Below, one piece after another: positions 24,803 to 38,548 of a DNA stretch of 64,000 nucleotides. Under the pieces are notes generated by a model. It did no database searches and was not told the origin of the DNA. It was given only the letters and a program-made list of their open reading frames with translations. Position 1 is the first letter of the stretch. Every line of letters begins with the position of its first letter. The stretch comes from Macrostomum lignano (Eukaryota). The stretch spans positions 1 to 64,000 of the forward strand of contig NIVC01001816.1 of assembly GCA_002269645.1 (NCBI GenBank). The letters run 5' to 3'. The translations under genes and the position numbers were made by a program.

Positions 24803-27800
24803 ATGTCGATTCGAGCTCGTTTAAAATCGGCTAACGAAGCTCTTTCAGCTGAGCGGTTCGACGAGGCGGCGGAACTCTGCCAGGCTGTGCTCAAAGATTC
24901 GCCAGACAATTACAATGCTAATATATTTCTTGGCGCCGCTTATGAAGGATTGAAACGCGATGATGAAGCGTTGGCCTGTTATAGGAAAGCGACGACCGAT
25001 CAGCCTAAGCAACTGCTGGGTTGGAAAGCTATGGCTAAGTAAGACTTTTTATAATGGATTTTCTAAAAAACGCAAAACGTGCTTAAAATGAAAACTGACT
25101 TACATAAAAACGTGGTAGTCAATTACTAATACGCACGCTTGTTTCTTAGAAACAGTTGCTTGAATAATGCGGTCTATTTCTTAGAAATTTTCAGCTAATT
25201 TTTAACCATTTTACATGTTTAAGTTTTACTTATTTTACTTTTTTCAGCCAGTCTATGTAAACACCCCACTGATAAAACCCCCACCCCAATCAGGTCTAGC
25301 CCTCCCTTTTCAGCCAGTCTATGTACACACGCCACTGATAAAACCCCCACCCCAATCAGGTCTAGCCCTCCCTTTTCAGCCAGTCTATGTACACACGCCA
25401 CTGATAAAACCCCCACCCCAATCAGGTCTAGCCCTCCCTTTTCAGCCAGTCTATGTACACACGCCACTGAAACCCCCACCCTCAAGAAAAAACCCCAAGA
25501 AAAACTGCCCGTGATTCTTGAACGGCATTACAAACATTCGAAATAGTTTTTTTTTAATATTTTGTCCATCTACTAAAAATTCCATAAAACTTATCTGCTA
25601 CGTTTTTAAAGCTTGAATTTGTTAACCATCTTAGTGTCAGTAGAAATCCAAGTAAAGTAGCTACTATCTACCGGTATATCCTATATTCTATAATTTTTCT
25701 TATGTGACGAATATCTGGTCCGAGAGTTCGCGTGCTGACGGGCTGCTATTCAAGTAGTATTTGAACACACAGTTAGTGGTGACCAATACTGACGGAGTCG
25801 ATTATTCGATTACGGATTATGTATATTTGTAGGTTACAGACACGAACGGTACATGTAGTGGTAAATAGCTGATGCTAAACAGGTTAAATTGGTAACGAAC
25901 AGCTGCAGTGTCGATGGAGTGGCTTGGAATGACTACTTAATTGAGAGCGATTTTGAACTACTGTTTGTCAATGTTACGGAAATCAAATTTCTGGCGATAG
26001 GAATAGCAGCCGCACTCCACGCCAGTCTTCTCCGAAGCTACAGAATTCAAAATGTTAAATATAACTATTTTAATTCAGTAAAACAAAACATTGTTTACTA
26101 TTGTCAATAAACATAAAAATGAAACCATTTTTTTATTTTGATTGAAACCAATTGATATAAATAAAAAACATATTAAATATTTTTAGTATATGTTAATCGA
26201 CGAACTGGGAGAATAAAAGAACCACCAACGTCACACTTAAAAGCTTTTTTTCTTAAAAAGCTTTTTTTGCTATGCGAATAATGATATTTGTTTAATCAGT
26301 TAATAAAAAGGCTAAAAAATCAAATTTTTAGGTACTGCGAATCGCACTACGATCGGCATTTAAAGCAGGAGCTGCCAGATGTCTACGACAAAGTGCTAGA
26401 ACTGACGGACCCTACCGACGCTAGACACGCTGAAACGCTTGCGAAATTAATTGAATTACTTTGTAGGCAGCGCCAGAGTCGTCGAGCTGTTGATACTGGC
26501 CAATTTTGGTTGACCCGCTACACAACGTCTGAAGCTAGAGTTCGAGTGCAATTGCAATTGTTGGATGTTATGGAAAAAGCCAGCGAAGGAGTACCTGATG
26601 AGGCTAGTAGTGTTTCAATATTGCTGCTTTTAGTGACTTCATAAAATGTCTAGCATTGTCCGCACTTTGCCAGATAGCTCGTACTGTAAGAATAAACAAC
26701 GAAAGGCTGGCTGTGGTTTTTTGTGTTGTCGGGGTTTTGTCCCGCAAATCCGGCGTTTGGGGATTTAGAATAAGGTTTTATCATTAGAAGCAAGTGCTTG
26801 TACGTGTAGGCCAGTCGAGAAAAAGTTAAGGCTTAGGCCTGCTGATTGGTGTGGAGTTTTATTGAAAAGGCGTGTACGTAGACTGTCGGAAATTGTGAGT
26901 GCTGTGCTAGGCCTCTGATTGGGTGGGGTTTTATTAAAAGGCTCGTGTGCATATACTAGCGTAGAAAGGTCTGGGCACGGCTGCCTGTAGAGTTTGGGGT
27001 GGGGGTTTTATCAGTGGCGTGTGTACATAGACTGGCTGAAAAGGGAGGGATAGACCTAATTGGGGTGGAGGTTTTATCAGTGGCATTTGTACATAGACTA
27101 GCGGATAAGGGAGGGCTAGACCTAATTGGGGTGGAATTTTATCAGTGGCGTGTGTACATAGACTGTCGGGAGCAAAGAAAGGGAAGGCTAGGCCTATTAA
27201 TTGGGTGGGGTTTTATTAGGCACGTATCTATGTACTACTACTAAGCATCCTAAGATGGGCTAGGCCTTAAGTGTCATATGTGGGGTTGGGGTTTGTCAGT
27301 GGCGTACATAGGCGTACATAGTGGCGTACATCAACGAGTACATATACTGGCAGAAAAAAAGAGGGAGGTTGAGCTATAGGCCTACTGATTAGGGGAGTAT
27401 CAAAGGAAGCGCGCGTACAATATTCAGACTTAATTTATTATTTGTGAAATTAATCCATAGTTAACTAAGTAGACTTATTTAATAAACAGAGTTTTATTTC
27501 AGAAGTAAGAATACTTATTACCGAAAGACATATCTTATATACGCTATCTAATTCCAGGAGCTTTTCAGCCAGTTCGAGTCAGTTTTAAGCCTGCCAAAAT
27601 CGGCATTAGCCAGCAGCTGTGCAACAGCAGGAGCAGAATCATCATCAGCAGATCGTGAGCGAAGCCCGCTTCAACTGCTTCACGATCGTTACTGCGATTT
27701 TCTGGCTAAGCGCGGCGCCGATCCCGAGCGAAGATTGCGCGCTCTGTCGGACGCTGTTAACGAGTGCCCTGACGATGTTGAAGCTGTTGATCGATTGGCA

Positions 27801-30800
27801 TTTGCCAGAGCCGAACTGTGCATTGTCTGTCACGGTTGGCGGCTGACTAAGCTGGCTAAGCATCTTGGCTCCGTGGAGGTTTCTGGCTCCGTGGCTGTGG
27901 ATTTTTCAGATCAAGTGAGAAGGCTGAGACTGAAATTTCCAACCAGGATATTCTACACTTTTTCGACCGGGATTCTCCATGTTTTTCAACTGAGAACTGG
28001 AATTCCCCTTATTCTATGGCTGGGATTCCCCTTATTCTATGGCTGGGATTCCCCTCATTATGAGGCTGGGATTCCCCTCATTATGAGGCTGGGATTCCCC
28101 TCCTTATACGGCTGGGATTCCCCTCATTATACGGCTGGGATTCCCCTCATTCTATGGCTGGGATTCCCCTCATTACACGGCTGAGATTCACCTCATTCTA
28201 TGGCTGGGGTTCCCCCCATTATACGACTGGGATTCCCCTTTATTGGGCTGGGATTACCCTTATTATACGACTGGGATTCCCCTTTATTGGGCTGGGATTA
28301 CCCTTATTATACGGCTGGGATTCCCCTCATTATACGGCTGAGATTCCCCTCTTTATACGACTGGGATTCCCCTCATTCTATGGCTGGGATTCCCATCATT
28401 ATACGGCTGGGATTCCCATCATTATACGGCTGGGATTCCCATCATTCTATGGCTGGGATTCCCCTCATTATACGGCTGGGATTCCCATCAATATACGGCT
28501 GGGATTCCCCTAATTCTCTACAGATATTCTGTTTTTTTTTCATTTAAGATCGCCTTTATTTTCGATTGCAATTCGTCAATTCTGAATTGACACGGGGATC
28601 ATTCACAGATAGATTTCCCATTTTAGGACAAAATTTACTGTTCAAATTTATTATCTCAATTTGCCTAAAAATACCAGGTGGTCTCGCCAGCAATTCGCGG
28701 CAAACTGACCGAAGCTCTGGCTGCTCTCAGATCGCCTCGCTGGTCTTTGCCGCCCGCTCCCATCGAAGCAGCCGTGGCCCTCTCCGCTCCGTCGGGTTCC
28801 ATTGTCTCCGCTCTCGTTGGCGTCCTGTGCGCCAAGGCCAGCCGTCGATACGCCGACTGCTCGGCCGCTCTCCAGCAGCTTCAATCGGTGGCGGATTCGG
28901 TCAGTCAGCATAGGAAAATCTGCTGTCTGACCAGCGGAGCCCGGCACCTGCTGGACGGCTGGTCGCGACGCATCGGATGGCGCTGTCTGGCTTGCTACGC
29001 CGACGAGCAGCTGTTGACGGCCGGCGAACTCGAGGCAATGTCTGCTCAGGCGGCTGCTGAGGACTTCACCAACCAGGAGGACATCCAGGACTGGAGTTAT
29101 TGGGTGTCAGCTTCCCTGTCGATCGCTCTTGGCCGGCTTGGACGGCTTGAAAAAGCTTCAGCTGTTTGGCCCAGCAAGCGCGGTTTAATTGGACGTCGAG
29201 TTCAAGCGTTTCTAGCGTTTCAAGCCGGCGACTGGAGTCGAGCTCGGGACCTACTTGACGAGTTGATTAATCTAGGAATTGAGGAGGCCGATTCTGTTGA
29301 AGGCGTCGGATTGATTCGGCGGCGACCGTGGGATCGATTGATGCTGGCTCGTTGTATGTGGGCTTTGAATCAGGAGCCTGCCGAGATCGCTGCTCAGTTG
29401 CGCCGCTGCACCGAGGAAGATCGGTTAGTTTGACGCTGCTGTCGATCTTCCTGCTTATTGTAGGGGAGGAGTACAGCTCAGTCCCCAAGGCACAGAGACT
29501 GTACATGCCTGATGATTAGAAAGTCAAAGGGCCGCTGTACACCCTGTGTGAGCGTGTGTATGAGTGCGTGCCTGAGTACAGTATTGGCGCTCTTGAATGT
29601 GCTCAGGAGTCAACGGAATGGGTAGAATTGCCGTTAGCGCTGGTTGTGGGGGTCGCGTTGATTTCAGAGTGCCCACAGCCCTGAAATTACGAGTATTTGT
29701 TTACCGCCAATAAAGCGCCACAGGTAGAATTTAGCGCCAAGTAAGCGCCACAAGCAAAGGGTTTAGCGCCAAAAAAGCGCCACAGACAAAGTTTAGCGGA
29801 AAAAACGCCACAGGCAAACAGTTTAGCGCCAATAAAGCGCCACAGGCGAAGAGTTAAGCGCCAAAAAAACGCCACAGACAGAGTTTAGCGCTAATTAAGC
29901 GCCACAGGCAAACAGTTTAGCGCCAATTAAGCGCCACAGACAAAAAGGTTAGCGCCAATTAAGCGCCACAGGCAAACAGTTTAGCGCCAATTAAGCGCCA
30001 CAGACCAAGAAAGAGTTTAGCGCCAATTAAGCGCCACAGACAGAGGTTAGCACCAATAAAGCGCCACAGACCAAGAAAGAGTTTAGCGCCAATTAAGCGC
30101 CACAGACAGAGGTTAGCACCAATAAAGCGCCACAGACCAAGAAAGAGGTTAGCGCCAATTAAGCGCCACAGACAAAGAGGTTAGCGCCAATTAAGCGCCA
30201 CAGACCAAGAAAGAGTTTAGCGCCAATTAAGCGCCACAGACAGAGGTTAGCACCAATAAAGCGCCACAGACCAAGAAAGAGTTTAGCGCCAATTAAGCGC
30301 CACAGACAAAGAGGTTAGCACCAATAAAGCGCCACAGACAGAGTTTAGCGCCAATTAAGCGCCACAGACAGAGGTTAGCACCAATAAAGCGCCACAGACC
30401 AAGAAAGAGTTTAGCGCCAATTAAGCGCCACAGACAGAGCTTAGCACCAATAAAGCGCCACAGACCAAGAAAGAGTTTAGCGCCAATTAAGCGCCACAGA
30501 CCAAGAAAGAGGTTAGCACCAATAAAGCGCCACAGACCAAGAAAGAGGTTAGCGCCAATTAAGCGCCACAGACAAAGAGGTTAGCACCAATAAAGCGCCA
30601 CAGACCAAGAAAGAGTTTAGCGCCAATTAAGCGCCACAGACAGAGGTTAGCACCAATAAAGCGCCACAGACCAAGAAAGAGTTTAGCGCCAATTAAGCGC
30701 CACAGACCAAGAAAGAGTTTAGCGCCAATTAAGCGCCACAGACAAAGAGGTTAGCGCCAATTAAGCGCCACAGACCAAGAAAGAGTTTAGCGCCAATTAA

Positions 30801-33800
30801 GCGCCACAGACAGAGGTTAGCACCAATAAAGCGCCACAGACCAAGAAAGAGTTTAGCGCCAATTAAGCGCCACAGACAAAGAGGTTAGCACCAATAAAGC
30901 GCCACAGACCAAGAAAGAGTTTAGCGCCAATTAAGCGCCACAGACAGAGGTTAGCGCCAATTAAACGCCACAGACAAAGAGTTTAGCGCCAATTAAGCGC
31001 CACAGACCAAGAAAGAGTTTAGCGCCAATAAAGCGCCACAGACAAAGAGGTTAGCGCCAATAAAGCGCCACAGACAAAGAGGTTAGCGCCAATTAAGCGC
31101 CACAGACAAAGAGGTTAGCGCCAATAAAGCGCCACAGACAAAGAGGTTAGCGCCAATTAAGCGCCACAGACAAAGAGGTTAGCGCCAATTAAGCGCCACA
31201 GACAAAGAGGTTAGCGCCAATTAAGCGCCACAGACAAAGAGGTTAGCGCCAATAAAGCGCCACAGACAGAGTTTAGCGCCAAGAAACGCCAATGAAGCAC
31301 CACAGGCAAGTTTTTAGCTTCTATCCGTCCTCCAAACTCGTTCTCAAAACCCAAACTCCAGCTACTACGCTGACGCATACTACTGGTACGGCTGCCTCGC
31401 CGAGGACGCCATGCATGACGAAGCCCTAGCCGAGCAGATGTACTTAGGCGCTCAGCAGCTAGATGGCGATCACGAGGCGGCTTTGAAACGCCTCTGCGAT
31501 TTGCTGTTGCGCAGTCACCGCGAGACCGAATGTGTTGAATTATTAACCCGATTTGCTGCCAGGTTCTACAGGGTGGCGCCGTGGTGCTACTTTAAACTGG
31601 GCCTGGCCCACCTCAATATGGCCAATTATCACGACGCTATTGACTGTCTGCAGCGAGTTGTGCACCTGGATAAGTCTAATCCGCACGCTTGGACCTGCTT
31701 GGGAGAGGCCTATCGGCTTAGGGGCAGCTACGAGTCTGCTGGCAAGGTGACACGGACTGGTGGGAGTGGGGATAATATGGTAGATATGAAAAGAATGGGA
31801 GTGGGGATAATAAATGTGGTAAAAACAGGTATGGGAAGAATAGGAGTTGGAGATAATATATATGGGAAGAGTGGGAGTGGGGATAATATATATGGGAAGA
31901 ATGGGAGTGAGGATAATATATATGGGAAGAATGGGAGTGAGGATAAAAGATATGGGAAAGAATGAGAGTTAGGGATAATAGAATGGGGAGTTGGGGATAA
32001 CATATGGGAATAATAGGAGTGGGGATTATAGATATGGGAAGAATGGAAGTGAGGATTATAGATATGGGAAGAATGTGACTAGGGACAATAGATATGAGAA
32101 ATTTTTCTTCCCCAAAGCGGGAAGAATCCAAATAGAAGCATTGAAGTTGGAAGAGTCACACCGGGAAGAATGAGAGTGGGAAAAATTAGCCCCCATTCTC
32201 AAACATTCAGACAAGGAACGGCATGACTAGAAGGAACACTTTTGCTGTGCCAAATTGCAAAGTGCAACAGCTTTTTAAAACTCTTTCGCAACTGCAGGTA
32301 TTCGAGCGAGTTGTTAAGCTCGCGCCAAACGATTGGTACTCCCGACTTCAGTTGGCCTCCGTGCTGCACAAGCAGCGCCAGTTTTTGCGTGCTGTCAGCC
32401 TGCTAAATCAGCTGCTGTCTGAGGAGGATGCTTTCGGTGCATCGGCTGACTGTGGGGATAGCCAGGTATTCAAAATGCCTTCTTAACAGGCTCCGTTTTC
32501 TGCTTTTGGGAAATTTCTTTTCTACTCATTCTCCACACCCATTCTAAACACACATTCCCCACGCCCATTCCCCACACCCATTCCCCACACCCATTCCCCA
32601 CACCCATTCCCCACACCCATTCCCCACACCCATTCCCCACACCCATTCCCCACACCCATTCCCCACACACATTCGATCCCCACACTCATTCCTGACACCC
32701 ATTCCCCACACACATTCGATCCCCACACTCATTCCTGACACCCATTCACCACACCCATTCGCCACACCCATTCCCCACACCCATTCCCCACACCCATTCG
32801 ATCCCCACACCCATTCGCCACACCCATTCCCCACACCCATTCGATCCCCACACTCATTCCCGACACCCATTCCCCATACCCATTCCCCACACCCATTCCC
32901 CATACCCATTCCCCACACCCATTCCCCATACCCATTCCCCATACCTATTCCCCACACCCATTCCCCATACCCATTCCCCACACCCATTTCCATACCCATT
33001 CCCCATACCTATTTCCCACACCCATTCCCTATACCCATTCCCCACACCCATTCCCCACACTCATTCCCATACCCATTCCTCACACCCATTTCCCACACCC
33101 ATCCCTCACACCCATTCCCCACACCCATTCCCACACCCATTCCCACCGTTCCCAGCACCATATCTGAAGTGAAGCCCGCATCCCCACCCCACCCTCCGCA
33201 GATATCCCTAAAGCTCCTAGCCTACAAGCAGCTCTCCGAGTCCCACCTGCAGCTTGGCGTGGATTGCTCTGGCAGCGGCCAGCACCTCTCCGCTGCCGAG
33301 CATCTGGCCTTGGCCGCCAACGCCGCCTGCGAAGCCGTGCACATCAATAATAATCTTGTGTGCGTCTGGAAACTGCTGGGCGACTCACTCTATCGCCTTG
33401 GCGTCTACGAATCCGCTTTGCTAAATGAGCTGCCCTTCTCTGAGCAGTTGAATCAGCTCATTCCTAATGGCACCTCCTGTCAGTCCCGTGTACTGCAGGG
33501 ATGCACCAATGCTTATGCTAGTAGATTGAATCAGGCCCAGGCTATGGCTGCTAAGGGTAAGGTTGGATTATAATTGGGCCTATATAAAATTTAGTTTGTA
33601 GCCTATATAAACTGTAATCTGTAGCCTATAAAACTGCAGTCTGTAGCCTATATAAACTGTAGTCTGTAGCCTATGTAAACTGCAGTCTGTTGCCTATATA
33701 AACTGCAGTCTGTAGCCTATAAAACTGCAGTCTGTAGCCTATATAAACTGCAGTCTGTAGCCTATGTAAACTGTAGTCTGTAGCCTATGTAAACTGCAGT

Positions 33801-36033
33801 CTGTAGCCTATATAAACTGCAGTCTGTAGCCTATAAAACTGCAGTCTGTAGCCTATATAACTGCAGTCTGTAGCCTATATAAACTGTAGTCTGTAGCCTA
33901 TGTAAACTGCAGTCTGTAGCCTATGTAAACTGCAGTCTGTAGCCTATATAAACTGCAGTCTGTAGCCTATAAAACTGCAGTCTGTAGCCTATATAACTGC
34001 AGTCTGTAGCCTATATAAACTGTAGTCTGTAGCCTATGTAAACTGCAGTCTGTAGCCTATGTAAACTGCAGTCTGTAGCCTATATAAACTGCAGTCTGTA
34101 GCCTATGTAAACTGCAGTCTGTAGCCTATATAAACTGCAGTCTGTAGCCTATGTAAACTGTAGTCTGTAGCCTATATAAACTGCAGTCTGTAGCCTATAA
34201 AACTGCAGTCTGTAGCCTATATAACTGCAGTCTGTAGCCTATAAAACTGCAGTCTGTAGCCTATAAAACTGCAGTCTGTAGCCTATATAACTGCAGTCTG
34301 TAGCCTATATAAACTGTAGTCTGTAGCCTATGTAAACTGCAGTCTGCAGCCTATATAAACTGCAGTCTGTAGCCTATGTAAACTAATCTGTATAAACTGT
34401 AGTCTGTAGCCTATCTAAACTGCAGTCTGTAGCCTATGTAAACTGCAGTCTGTAGCCTATATAAACTGCAGTCTGTAGCCTATGTAAACTGCAGTCTATA
34501 GCCTATATAATCTGCAGTCTGTAGCCTATGTAAACTGCAGTCTGTAGCCTATGTAAACTGCAGTCTGTAGCCTATGTAAACTGTAGTCTGTAGCCTATGT
34601 AAACTGTAGTCTGTAGCCTATGTAAACTGTAGTCTGTAGCCTATGTAAACTGCAGTCTGTAGCCTATATAACTGCAGTCTGTAGCCTATGTAAACTGCAG
34701 TCTGTAGCCTATGTAAACTGCAGTCTGTAGCCTATGTAAACTGCAGTCTGTAGCCTATGTAAACTGCAGTCTGTAGCCTATGTAAACTGCAGTCTGTAGC
34801 CTATGTAAACTGTAGTCTGTAGCCTATATAAACTGCAGTCTGTAGCCTATAAAACTGCAGTCTGTAGCCTATATAACTGCAGTCTGTAGCCTATAAAACT
34901 GCAGTCTGTAGCCTATAAAACTGCAGTCTGTAGCCTATATAACTGCAGTCTGTAGCCTATATAAACTGTAGTCTGTAGCCTATGTAAACTGCAGTCTGCA
35001 GCCTATATAAACTGCAGTCTGTAGCCTATGTAAACTAATCTGTATAAACTGTAGTCTGTAGCCTATCTAAACTGCAGTCTGTAGCCTATGTAAACTGCAG
35101 TCTGTAGCCTATATAAACTGCAGTCTGTAGCCTATGTAAACTGCAGTCTGTAGCCTATATAAACTGCAGTCTGTAGCCTATGTAAACTGCAGTCTGTAGC
35201 CTATGTAAACTGCAGTCTGTAGCCTATGTAAACTGTAGTCTGTAGCCTATGTAAACTGTAGTCTGTAGCCTATGTAAACTGTAGTCTGTAGCCTATGTAA
35301 ACTGTAGTCTGTAGCCTATATAAACTGCAGTCTGTAGCCTATGTAAACTGCAGTCTGTAGCTTATGTAAACTGCAGTCTGTAGCCTATGTAAACTAATCT
35401 GTATAAACTGTAGTCTGTAGCCTATCTAAACTGTAGTCTGTAGCCTATATAAACTGCAGTCTGTAGCCTATGTAAACTGTAGTCTGTAGCCTATGTAAAC
35501 TGTAGTCTGTAGCCTATCTAAACTGTAGTCTGTAGCCTATATAAACTGCAGTCTGTAGCCTATGTAAACTGCAGTCTGTAGCCTATGTAAACTGCAGTCT
35601 GTAGCCCATGTAAACTGCAGTCTGTAGCCTATATAAACTGAAGTCTGTTGCCTATATAAACTGTCTATAAGCCTGAAAAAACCTTTAAACTTATCAAGCT
35701 TCATCTCTATCGCAGGCCAAAGCTCAGCTGGCGGTAGTCTATTAGAATCCAATGCGCGACTCGACTGCGCACTTGTACTCTTGCGCGTCTTTCGCGTGTC
35801 CGCCGAGACGGCGACGGAAGCCTCCAGATCTGGCGGCAGAGAGTCTGAAGTGTTGAATAGCGCAACGGAACACTGCCTGTGCTCGTTGAAACTGAGGCCT
35901 GATCGACCGGATGTTTGGTACATCATGGGCTTGATTGAGGTGAGCTAGTGAATACTAACTAGCTAACTAGCTAGTTAACTAACTAACTAACTAACTAACT
36001 AGCTAACCAACTAACTGGCTGACTAACTAACTG

Positions 36034-36076
<43 letters not shown>

Positions 36077-37813
36077 GAGTAACTGACTAACTAACTAACT
36101 AACTAATTAACTAACTAACTAACTAACTAACTAACTGACCAACTAACTAACTAACAAACAAACAAACTAACTAACTAACTAACTAACTAACAAAAAAACT
36201 AACTAACTAACCAACCAAATACCCCCATTCAGACTCACAGAGAGAACCGGGCCTTGGCGCAGCACTGCTTCATCAAATCGCTGCAGCTGGACCCCGGCCA
36301 AGCCGATGTGTGGACCGCACTCGGCCTGTTCTACTGCCAGCTGTACAAACTGGAGCACGGCGCCGCCTGCTTCAACAAGGCGGTAGACGCGGATCCGACC
36401 TCGTCGGCAGCCTGGGCCGGATGCGCCGTGGCCGCGCGCCTGGACGGCAGGGCGGACCAGACCCGGGATCTGCTGCGGCACGCGTGCAGCCTGGCTAATC
36501 CGCCATTAGAAGTGAGCGAATTGGCTTTTGTGTAACACCCTAATCCTGCACCCTAATATCGAAGTAGCCTCTCTTTAATCTTTAAATCTATCAAAGTAAA
36601 GTCGGTCTCTCCCTTTAGACTACGATATCATAAAACCTTTGCCACAATAAAATTCATTACCTTACTACTATAATATTTCCACGCTAAAATATCACTCATA
36701 TAAACTTAAATCCAAGAAACTCTTCTCTTAATAAACGTCGACCTAGGCTCCGTCACCGTAAACTCATCAACTCATAAACTCCTCACTTTAATAAACTCCT
36801 CACCCATAAACTCCTCACCCATAAACTCCTCACCCATAAACTCCTCACCCATAAACTCCTCACCCATAAACTCACCACCCATAAACACATCACCCATAAA
36901 CTCCTCACCCATAAACTCCTCACCTATAAACTCCTCACCCATAAACTCCTCACCCATAAACTCCTCACCCATAAACTCCTCACCCATAAACTCACCACCC
37001 CATAAACTCCTCACCTCATAAACTCCTCACCCATAAACTCCTCAACCATAAACTCCTCACCCATAAACTCCTCACCCATAAACTCCTCACCCAAAAATTC
37101 ACCACCCATAAACTCCTCACCCATAAACTCACCACCCCATAAACTCCTCACCTCATAAACTCCTCACCCATAAACTCCTCACCCATAAACTCCTCACCCA
37201 TAAACTCCTCACCCATAAACTCACCACCCCATAAACTCGCCACCCAATAAACTCATAAAAATTTCCCCAACCCATAAACTCCCACTCCGCACATGCTCAA
37301 TATCCAACTGCCGATATGTATCGAAAAAACGAATCCATAAAACTTTCTCAAGGCCCTACGCGGTTTCGTTCGCTGCGTCGCTCTGGAAATCACTGGGCGC
37401 GAAGAATTGCCAACTGAAAACTCCCGACTAGCCGCCGACTTCATTGACGCCCTGAGTAGGCTGGCCGTTCCAGCGTCCGAGTCTGCTCAGCCTCTGGCCC
37501 AGACCCCCCGTGATCGCCTGGCCCTGCTCAACCACCGGCTATTGTGCCTGGAACGTCTCGGCCTGATGAAAGAGGCTGCCAATACCGCTTTGGACTTGTT
37601 CAGCCTCGCTTTGGATGACATGCGGCTTGCCGAGGGCGCGGCCGAAGCTGCCGCCGCCGCTCCTCCGGAGTCTTCGTTGGAGCTGCGAGCCACCGTGTCC
37701 AACTGCTTGAGGTGCCTCAGCCTGGCTGGTCGGTACGAGGAGGTGGCGGCCAATGCTGACTACCTGCGGGACTGCCTGGGCAGCGATCTTTCTGCTCAGG
37801 TGAGAGGCGGAGC

Positions 37814-37857
<44 letters not shown>

Positions 37858-37859
37858 AT

Positions 37860-37898
<39 letters not shown>

Positions 37899-37907
37899 TT
37901 CTGTCAT

Positions 37908-37949
<42 letters not shown>

Positions 37950-37950
37950 A

Positions 37951-38000
<50 letters not shown>

Positions 38001-38065
38001 TTGTCTGTGTGTCTGTCTGTCTGTCTGTTTGTCTGTGTGTCTGTCTGTCTGTCTGTCTGTCTGTG

Positions 38066-38124
<59 letters not shown>

Positions 38125-38133
38125 TTGTCTGTG

Positions 38134-38164
<31 letters not shown>

Positions 38165-38165
38165 G

Positions 38166-38205
<40 letters not shown>

Positions 38206-38265
38206 ATTCTGTCTGTCTGTCTGTCTGTCTTTCTGTCATTCTGTCTGTCTGTCTGTCTGTCTGTG

Positions 38266-38296
<31 letters not shown>

Positions 38297-38389
38297 TTGT
38301 CTGTGTGTCTGTCTGTCTGTCTGTTTGTCTGTGTGTCTGTCTGTCTGTCTGTTTGTCTGTGTGTCTGTCTGTCTGTCTGTTTGTCTGTG

Positions 38390-38444
<55 letters not shown>

Positions 38445-38445
38445 G

Positions 38446-38516
<71 letters not shown>

Positions 38517-38517
38517 G

Positions 38518-38548
<31 letters not shown>

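Noticed and set aside
29500-29550. Hammerhead-like ctgatga...gaaa core in SINE family 2
   Set aside because: Stem II is essentially absent, no stem III or NUH site can be drawn, and the core is not conserved in the full-length copy.
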